Below the pieces are notes generated by a model, which saw only the letters and a list, made by a program, of their open reading frames with translations, was not told the origin of the DNA and did not search any database. From contig JAPHTU010000168.1 in NCBI GenBank assembly GCA_026196145.1, positions 1 through 40,677 of the forward strand: 40,677 nucleotides of DNA. Reading direction: 5' to 3'. Position numbers and translations under genes: made by a program. Below are positions 1-7,600 of the stretch, piece after piece; positions within the stretch are counted from its first letter, which is position 1, and each line of letters starts with the position of its first letter. The stretch is from Gammaproteobacteria bacterium (lineage in GTDB: Bacteria; Pseudomonadota; Gammaproteobacteria; JAJDYQ01).

Positions 1-122
1 CCCGCCGTGCCGCACAGAATATTTTTTATTCAATCTCCAGCGATCAGGGCAATCAGATCCTTGATGCCATCCATGGTATGTTTTGCAGCCGCGAAGGCAA
101 TCCTGAAGCACATATCAGATGA
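1..122 (+). CDS. 3' end of an ArsR/SmtB-family repressor (BigR/SqrR/HlyU-like), truncated by the window edge
   Basis: Not in the ORF track. The frame from nt 3 reads RRAAQNIFYSISSDQGNQILDAIHGMFCSREGNPEAHIR*, matching the RRxxQxIxYS wing and the C-terminal helix ending in xFC of this subfamily. Its TGA (120-122) overlaps the next ATG (119). Confidence 0.65.
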   Translation, partial: RRAAQNIFYSISSDQGNQILDAIHGMFCSREGNPEAHIR

Positions 123-628
123 AAATCGCTGTAATATCGGACAGTCACGATAACCGCATAAAATTCAAACACGCCGCCACCCTGGCAAAACAGCGACAAG
201 CCGAGGCAATTTTACACTGTGGTGACATTGTTGCACCGTCAACGCTAAAAGAGGCCCTAGAAACAGGCCTGCCCATCCATGCCATCCATGGCAACAATAC
301 CGGCGACCTGGTCATGATGCACAAGGTTGCCAGCAGGCCCGAAAATGCAATCAGCTTCTATGGGCAGGATGCTGCAATCAAACTCAATGGCAGAAATATC
401 TTTATCGTGCACTACCCGCATTATGCAAAGGCAATGGCCCTCACCGGCGAGTATGACCTGGTATGCTACGGACACGACCACCACTACCACGAAGAACATA
501 TTACCAATATCAACGGTGAACAAACCCTGCTGGCCAATCCTGGTTCAGTTGCAGGGCTGGATGGCCCGGCTAGTTTCATGCTGATCGATCTTCAAGACAT
601 GTCAGTCGAGAAAGTACTGCTTGATTAA
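119..628 (+). CDS. YfcE/MJ0936-like metallophosphoesterase (phosphodiesterase)
   Basis: Calcineurin-like motifs SDSHD, HCGD, GNN, GHDH and NPGS in 169 aa. Confidence 0.9.
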   Translation: MKIAVISDSHDNRIKFKHAATLAKQRQAEAILHCGDIVAPSTLKEALETGLPIHAIHGNNTGDLVMMHKVASRPENAISFYGQDAAIKLNGRNIFIVHYPHYAKAMALTGEYDLVCYGHDHHYHEEHITNINGEQTLLANPGSVAGLDGPASFMLIDLQDMSVEKVLLD

Positions 629-669
629 GGGTCGCTCCTCGGCTCTGCCTTCCTGATTCGCTCTAACTC

Positions 670-901
670 CTACATCCATGTAGTCGTGCGCGTCCGATGT
701 ACATGGATGTACAAGTGTCATGAAGGACAGGCAGCTCCATGACATCCTGTCATCGCTGCATTTGTGCGTCCATGCACATCAGAGCCCGAGAAAGACCATG
801 CGCCCGCAACATACGATGACCATGGCCGCTTCATGACATCCTGTCATCGCGGCATTCATACGTCTATGTATATCAGATGGTCGAGTGCCATGTAGGACAT
901 G
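670..901. repeat. Composite palindromic repeat (MITE/REP-like or structured RNA) built from TCC/TCCA-loop hairpins
   Basis: 53-bp direct repeats at 731-783 and 825-877 (44/53 identical by manual alignment), a degenerate inverted copy at ~696-735, and a lone hairpin CTACA-TCCA-TGTAG at 670-683. Confidence 0.8.
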
Positions 902-933
902 AGGTCCGATAGTGGCCCGGTCTTCCTGACCAT

Positions 934-965
934 AAAGACCAGTGCGTAAGCGACACTGGCCTTTT
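934..965. terminator. Probable bidirectional intrinsic terminator between convergent genes
   Basis: AAAG-A-CCAGTGCG-TAAG-CG-A-CACTGG-C-CTTTT stem-loop with A/T flanks, located just past the stop of the minus-strand gene ending at 988. Confidence 0.6.
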
Positions 966-987
966 CATTAATACCGTTACACGAATA

Positions 988-1692
988 TCAGAAGTCGCCT
1001 GCAGCGGCGCGCTGCATAATGTCCTTGATTACAAAGCGTACCTTCAACGCTTCCTCTTTCAGAAAATCCGGTAAAGTTGCACCGCCCCATATCATCATGT
1101 CCATATCCAGTGCATACAGCCAAAGCTTGCCGGTCTTGTCCTTAATCATGGCAATACGACAAGGCAGGTAGGCTGAATAGGCATCGCTATGCTCAACCAT
1201 CTTCATCGCGGTCAACGGATTACAATACATATAGATTTTCAGGAACCGCTGCTCTTCACCCGTCATTAGCTTGACCTGCTCGGATAACGGTAGCTCACCA
1301 ACGGCCTTGATATTGTGCTCATTGGCGATATTTTTCATGGACAACTCCACGTCCTCAACGGTCAGGCCTTCCTCTACAGGGACCTTCCAGACAGTAGCAT
1401 CGGCGGTATTCCTGGTTTCAATCAGGCGGTCCATCATGCTTTGGTATACTTCCAGCGCCTTGGGATCCAGCTCGTCTCCCAGTTTAATCAGTGCAGCAAT
1501 ATCCCATTTTTCCATCACACCCATCATCGGTTCGATGCCTACCTCATCCACCCTGGCCATCATTGTCTGCAGTTTTTCCAGGCCAATGGCCTGTAGCTTG
1601 GCTATCATCGGTTGGTATGTAGCATAGCCATAGCCAACACCTATGATTACCAACAGACCAATCAAGGCCAGCAAATTACGTATAACCCCCAT
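988..1692 (-). CDS. Membrane-anchored DUF302 domain protein
   Basis: N-terminal hydrophobic segment and helical stalk, followed by DUF302-type YMYCNP and YLPCRI motifs. Confidence 0.8.
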   Translation of the reverse strand: MGVIRNLLALIGLLVIIGVGYGYATYQPMIAKLQAIGLEKLQTMMARVDEVGIEPMMGVMEKWDIAALIKLGDELDPKALEVYQSMMDRLIETRNTADATVWKVPVEEGLTVEDVELSMKNIANEHNIKAVGELPLSEQVKLMTGEEQRFLKIYMYCNPLTAMKMVEHSDAYSAYLPCRIAMIKDKTGKLWLYALDMDMMIWGGATLPDFLKEEALKVRFVIKDIMQRAAAGDF

Positions 1693-1864
1693 ACAACACC
1701 TCTCGTATATATTAAAAACCTGAAAACCAATCCATTACATCCAGGACACAGTTGAACCCTGTATGAATCTAATGAAGAAAAACCTGACTGGCCGAATTGG
1801 CCGATTCATTCTTGATATGAATACTGATTTATCTCAATAATGTTGCGACAAACCGGAAAAGCAC

Positions 1865-2878
1865 CTAGTGCGCAAGATATTCCCTGAGTAAGGCTGCCTG
1901 CTCCTGGTCGATATTGTACACAATACCCAGTACCAGCTCGGCACGTTGCATGTCATTATTCCTCAACAGGCGCAGGAAGGCCTCCGAATATGCATTGACT
2001 GCCAGCTCTATTTCCCCCTTGGAGAAGTAGATATTCCCAAGCTCACCGGCAAAGTCAGGGTGGTTTTTGAATTCTCTAACCAGCTGGCCGTAAAGCATGA
2101 TGGCCTTGTCATGATTACCCTCGTGCCATGCGAACCGTGCAGCCGCCAAACCTGCCAGCGCCTTCTGCTTACGGGAATCGATGTCCTCTGGTGCTGTATC
2201 AGTGGCCCCCTGATCCTGGGTGGCACTGGTATCAGCTGCTGGCATCTCGGTGGCTGTTTCTGCGCCATCAATTGGTGTGGACATACCCGCCGACTCCTCG
2301 GTATTTGAATCCTTCGGTGCTTCCATCGACTCAACCAGAGGTTCCAGGGCAGACATAGACTCGGCTGCTGACTCAGTCTTCACGCCTACCGGGGATTGCT
2401 TGGCTTGCTCCAGTACAGGCTGGACGACAGGCTCATCAACATCAGAAGGGAACTGAACAGGTGCAGATGCTGCTTGTTGTTCTTTTTCAGTACTTCCGGG
2501 GTCTATCGCAGGTGTATTTGTAACGACATCCACTGGAGCGGGTATTGCCGCTTCCTCCGCAACCTCTTTTGCAACTGTTGATGTGGACTCAGCCGGCTTG
2601 CTGGGCCCCGGCCACTGTATGGCATCGGTAGTTGCTGATGGCTGCACCTCGTCTGCTGCTGGTGTGGCTGCTACGGGTGCTTGCTGCGATTCAACAGTCC
2701 GGGGTAACGAGGCTTTCGGTTTAACCGCCCCAGCGACAGGTCGATTGATCTCCCGGCTAACGCCCGAATAATCAACAATATCGTCAATCAGGGCCTGAAA
2801 TGCGCTATGGCTGTCATATAGGTACCAGCCGATAACAAGAAGGATCAGGAATGTAATAATCTGTGGTACGACTTTCAT
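1865..2878 (-). CDS. Membrane-anchored protein with a long acidic/Pro-rich linker and C-terminal TPR-like repeats
   Basis: TM helix at about aa 5-21, ~200 aa of A/P/E/S/T-rich low complexity, and TPR-like helices (GELGNIYFSKGEIELAVNAYSEA). The start overlaps the ParA-family gene stop (ATGA). Confidence 0.75.
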   Translation of the reverse strand: MKVVPQIITFLILLVIGWYLYDSHSAFQALIDDIVDYSGVSREINRPVAGAVKPKASLPRTVESQQAPVAATPAADEVQPSATTDAIQWPGPSKPAESTSTVAKEVAEEAAIPAPVDVVTNTPAIDPGSTEKEQQAASAPVQFPSDVDEPVVQPVLEQAKQSPVGVKTESAAESMSALEPLVESMEAPKDSNTEESAGMSTPIDGAETATEMPAADTSATQDQGATDTAPEDIDSRKQKALAGLAAARFAWHEGNHDKAIMLYGQLVREFKNHPDFAGELGNIYFSKGEIELAVNAYSEAFLRLLRNNDMQRAELVLGIVYNIDQEQAALLREYLAH

Positions 2879-3513
2879 TGTTTCTGCTTTCCTTTGTACA
2901 GAGCATTTACCAATGCCAATGTTTCCATGGCTGCTTTTCCTCTGGGCTCCAGTTCGTATACAGCCAACCCTTCACTAAAGGATCGTCTGAATCCGGTTCG
3001 TTGCCCCAGTCGACAATCCAGCACCGAAATCTCGGGGATGGTCGATAGTGCGGCCGCCGCCTCGTCAGACTCGCGTACCGCATGGTGCGTGTCCGCCCGG
3101 TTAATAAAGGCCACCATCTCAGGCAGTTCCTGTGGCCGGACCTCCTGCACGATTCTTAAAAAGCGTTGAGTGGACCAGATATCTGCCTGGCTGGGTGGCA
3201 CTGGAATCAGTACCCTGTCAGCCAGAGATAACGCAACCTTCATACCGTCAATGTTGGCAGAACCTACATCAACCAGCACCTCATCATTATGTGATGGCAG
3301 TCTCTGTTGAAGCTGGCTGTCAGGCAGGTAAACCGGGAATAATGGCTCAAAGCCTTCTTCCTCACGGATCGTCATCACATCATGTAATGTCATTTGAGGA
3401 TCGAGGTCATAAGCAACAACAGACCGGCCCGTCATGGCCAACCATACACCCAGATTGAAAGAAACCGTACTCTTTCCAGCGCCCCCTTTCAGGTTACCTA
3501 TAACCGTAATCAC
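2875..3513 (-). CDS. Short orphan ParA/MinD-family ATPase (no N-terminal HTH)
   Basis: Deviant Walker A NLKGGAGKST, DLDPQ, and ADRVLIPVPPS; 212 aa with a GTG start. Confidence 0.92.
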   Translation of the reverse strand: MITVIGNLKGGAGKSTVSFNLGVWLAMTGRSVVAYDLDPQMTLHDVMTIREEEGFEPLFPVYLPDSQLQQRLPSHNDEVLVDVGSANIDGMKVALSLADRVLIPVPPSQADIWSTQRFLRIVQEVRPQELPEMVAFINRADTHHAVRESDEAAAALSTIPEISVLDCRLGQRTGFRRSFSEGLAVYELEPRGKAAMETLALVNALYKGKQKQ

Positions 3514-3568
3514 TGCCTAAGACACCATCTTGAAAATCCTGTCGTCATGGTAATGAGACTATCATAAG

Positions 3569-4111
3569 TTAATAAGGCACCGAACTATTTCCACCGAAAG
3601 AATAAGGCATAACACCATAGCCCGGCAACACCTGTGGCCGGGTATAGTAAGGACTTGATCCCCGGGGCCAGTTATTAAGAGGCGTATTGGGATAAACAGG
3701 CGGGTTATATGGCCCCTGATAGGGCGCATAGCGCCAGTCATACCCACCGGGGTAGCCGGGCATATAACCCGAATGGCCGCCGTACGAAGGTGATACTTGC
3801 TGACGCTGTGTTCCATAATCCAGTGGTCGATAACCCCGCTCCTCCGGATCTACCAGTGATGGTAATTTTTCACAATCGTCAGCTTGTGATCTCGGTCGCC
3901 AATTTTCAGATGACTCTGATGAACCGTTGTCATCAGCCATCTCATTTTGTTCCTCTATGGTGAGCGGTCGATAACCATCGCCCTCATACAAGGCCTTCTG
4001 GATCAATCTAGTCTGCAGCTCTTCCGGGCAGCTATCCTGCGCGAATACTGGCAGGGCAGAAATAGATAGAAGAGCAGCAGAAAAACAGATACCAATCGGT
4101 CCTGGCTGCAT
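3569..4111 (-). CDS. Exported hypothetical protein with duplicated GYRPL motif and Pro/Tyr/Gly-rich C-terminus
   Basis: Sec-type signal ending VFA|QD. The start overlaps the upstream stop (TAATG at 4113-4109). Confidence 0.7.
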   Translation of the reverse strand: MQPGPIGICFSAALLSISALPVFAQDSCPEELQTRLIQKALYEGDGYRPLTIEEQNEMADDNGSSESSENWRPRSQADDCEKLPSLVDPEERGYRPLDYGTQRQQVSPSYGGHSGYMPGYPGGYDWRYAPYQGPYNPPVYPNTPLNNWPRGSSPYYTRPQVLPGYGVMPYSFGGNSSVPY

Positions 4112-4452
4112 TATCTGGGCTCACCCGTAGGGGGATAGCCGTAACCGCGCCCTGGGTGGCTTTGTGGATAGTAATTTTCCGGGTTCATGACTGGATTATT
4201 ACCACGCTGATAACGTCTCTCTGGTGCACTCCAGCGCCATTCACGCGCCTTATTACGGTCTGCCTGTTCGGGGGTCTCCTCAACAGCTTGCGGTTGCATT
4301 ACCGGCATTGGTCTGGAAACAGGTGCCTGATTAAATTCATCTTCAATCGACTGGTACGGTCCGATGGGTGCGGGAGGCATGGCGCAGACCAGGGACACCA
4401 TAAAGAAGCCTATACAGGAAATAATAAGCCGCCATATATTAAATGAGTTCAT
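4111..4452 (-). CDS. Small exported Pro-rich hypothetical protein (~113 aa; ORF extends to 4518)
   Basis: ATG at 4452 gives a signal-like MNSFNIWRLIISCIGFFMVSLVCA, then PPAPIGPYQS and a YYPQSHPGRGYGYPP tail. Translationally coupled to the next gene. Confidence 0.6.
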   Translation of the reverse strand: MNSFNIWRLIISCIGFFMVSLVCAMPPAPIGPYQSIEDEFNQAPVSRPMPVMQPQAVEETPEQADRNKAREWRWSAPERRYQRGNNPVMNPENYYPQSHPGRGYGYPPTGEPR

Positions 4453-4646
4453 GATATCTAACCGGTTATTGGTGCCGGGCAATAATGTATCACAGGCTGA
4501 GATATCTGGCAGCGACATTAGCCTGCATTTCCCGGCAGGCGGAATAATATTGATAGAACCCGATGAGATGATTGAACGGTGGAGGAACTCTTTAAATAAA
4601 GACAGCTTTATACCAGCCTGCTCCGGAATCCGCTGAGACAGGCCCG

Positions 4647-7600
4647 CTAGATATTGGGATTAAGCCTGATACCGCGTCGATTGCCGCGTGAACGTGCGGG
4701 TACTTTTGGTACAGGTGGCTTGACTGGCGCAGCCTCGGGCTGGGCTGTCGTCTTCCCATTACCATTGCCGTTACTGCTGGCACTTTTACTTACTGGCGTA
4801 TCCATATTTACCTTTGGTGTTTTTGGTTCAGGCGGATTAACGGTCATACCTGACTTCGCCCTGACTGCCGGTCTCTTACGTGCAGTTGGAATGCTGGCAG
4901 CCTTGGCCTGCTTTTTACGTGCTACACGTTTTTTGACAACCGGCACCGGTTTCTCAATGACGGGCTTTGTCTCAACCACCGCCTCGATTGCATCGGGTTT
5001 TGAACTGGTGCCTGCCTTCGACTCTACAGGCGCAGCCTTGTTAACAATGGGTTTCTTTGTGGCTACGGCACCGATAGTTTCCTGTTTTGAGCTGCTGTCC
5101 GGCTTCGGTTTTACAGGCGCAGGCTTGTTAACCGGAGATCTTGTCGCTGCTTCGACACCAGTAGTTTTCTGCTTTGAACTGGTGGCCGGCTTTGGCTTTT
5201 CTGCTGCAGGGATCTTCTTTGTTTCCGCTGATTTTTTCGCTACTCGCTTGCTGCCACTGGCATCCTTCCTGGCGCGTTTCTTCTTCGATTTTTTCCTGGC
5301 CTTGGGTTGTTCGCTGACAACTTCGATCTTCTCTGTAACGGTTTCCTGCTGTTTCTTTATAGCAACTGCCTTCTCAGCCCTTTCTTTCTCAACTCTTGCT
5401 TTCTCAGCCCTTGCCTGACGAATCTGCCTTGCCTGTGCCTCAAATCTCTCACGACCCACGTGATAGGCCTTAACGGACTTTTTGGCGGCCGCAGTCAGTG
5501 CCATATATGCCATGATAGCCAACGCTCGCAACATATAAAATGACATTGCACCGATCGCACTTGCCTTGGCCAACGTGCCCTCGATCCAGCCGCCGGTAAA
5601 GCCACCGCCACTGGGCTCATCACCGCCGTCGGTCGACAATAACTCACAATCAGGACATAGATTACTGCCCGCAGTAATACATCCCAGAGGAATAACCACC
5701 AGTGTAAGTACTGATGAAATCAGCACTCCAAACAATAGTGAGATTGCCATACCCTGGAAAATAGGGTCAGTCAGTATCACAAACGAGCCAGCCACCAGTG
5801 CCAACGCAGTGATAATAATAGGGCGTGTTCTGGCCCGACAGGCTTCAACGACGGCCTCGGCGTTGGTCTTGCCATCCTTGACCTCATGGATTGCAAAATC
5901 CACCAGCAGGATTGAGTTGCGCACGATAATTCCGGCCAGCGCAATAAACCCGATCATGGAGGTGGCGGTAAATTCTGCGCCGAGTAGTGCGTGACCTGGA
6001 ATAACACCCAGCATGGTAAGCGGAATAGGCGCCATGATAATCGCCGGGACCAGGAAGTTACCAAACTCCCAGACAACCAGGATATAAATCACGATCAGGG
6101 CAACGGCAAATGCCAGCCCCATATCACGGAAAGTTTCATAGGTGACCGTCCATTCACCACCCCATTCAAATGCGGAGTGCCCGGTATCTTCCGGTGTCGT
6201 CATGAAAGTTCCGCTCATGTAGGCACCATCAACCGTGCGGTTTTCTTCCAGCTGCAAAGCATCATTGATTTTCAGCATCGGGTAGATTGGCGCACCCAGA
6301 CGCCCCACGGCATCACCAACAACATACTCAACGGGACGCAGATCCTTGTGGTAAATAATCGGATCCTGCTCGGCACGCACAAAGCGGCCCAGTTCAGCCA
6401 ATGGAATCGTGCCCTGACCACCTGGCATCGGGATCGGCAAATCACCCAAGCTGCTCATATCCGAACGTTCAGACAGGGGAATTTCAAGCACGATATAAGT
6501 GGGCTCCAGTTGTTTGCCACGCTTGATATCACCCAGACGTGAGCCACCCAGCGCCATCGACAGGTTGCGGTTAATGGTATCGACAGAAATTCCTCGCCTG
6601 ACCGCCTTTTCTGCATCAACTTCAAAACGCCAGACCTGATAGCCGTCCTGTAGATAGTTATCAACATCGGCCATACCTTCAGTTTGCTCAAACACCGCAG
6701 TAAGTTGGCGGGCAACGTTACGTCGGGTATCGGCGTCCGGGCCATAAATTTCTGCGACCACAGTTTGCAACACTGGCGGACCTGGCGGCATTTCAACAAC
6801 CGTCGTTTTGGCACCCTTGCCATTTTCAGGTGGATGCAGGCTGTTATAGTCAGCCACCATTTCATTAACCAGCGCGCGTGCCTGCTCTGCCAACTCATGG
6901 CTACTCTCACTACGCTTGTTCTTGTCTCTCAGCTGCACCTGTATTTCGGCCTGCCAGGGCTTGTCACGTAGATAGTAATGTCGAACCATGCCGTTAAAGT
7001 CGAATGGCTTTGCGGTACCAACATAGGTTTGCAAGGCCGTCACATGCGGCACCTCTTCACGCAGGCGTTCAGCGATTCTGTTGGTCAGGTTGGCAGTCGC
7101 CGGTACTGCGGTACCACTAGGCATATTGATGACAACACTGAATTCCGGCTTGTTATCAAATGGCAACATTTTCACCGGCACCCACTTGATATAGAAGAAG
7201 GAACAGACCAGAAAGAATACAGCGATCAGACCAAACAGAAAGATCTGACCCTTACGCCGGTCTTCAATCAATGGCACCAACGTTTTCTCGATGACCTTAC
7301 CGACTCTCGCATTGTCACGCTCCTCATCATGCTCAGCTTTTTCCAAAGCGATCATGCCCGGCTTGATACGCATGGCCAGCCAGGGGACGAAGACAAACGC
7401 CGCGAACAGGGAAAGCATCATGGCGACCGAACCCAGCGCCGGGATTGGCGACATGTAGGGCCCCATCAAGCCGCTGACAAAGGCCATCGGCATCAATGCA
7501 GCAACCACGGTAAATGTCGCCAGTATGGTCGGGTTACCGACTTCACGCACGGCATCGACCGCCGTTGCCGTGTCGGTCTTGCCTACCGCCAGCCAACGCC

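Noticed and set aside
731-877. Possible CRISPR mini-array (two repeats with a 41-bp gap)
   Set aside because: Only two direct copies, 53 bp long and 17% divergent with compensatory changes, plus an inverted copy and no cas genes.
2875-3513. Plasmid or chromosome partition locus
   Set aside because: No parB, replication gene or recognisable parS/iteron array; the context is chromosomal and metabolic.
4654-5418. 254-aa hydrophobic plus-strand ORF
   Set aside because: Antisense shadow of the Lys/Ala/Pro-rich RND tail; its Phe/Leu/Gly richness mirrors the Lys and Pro codons.
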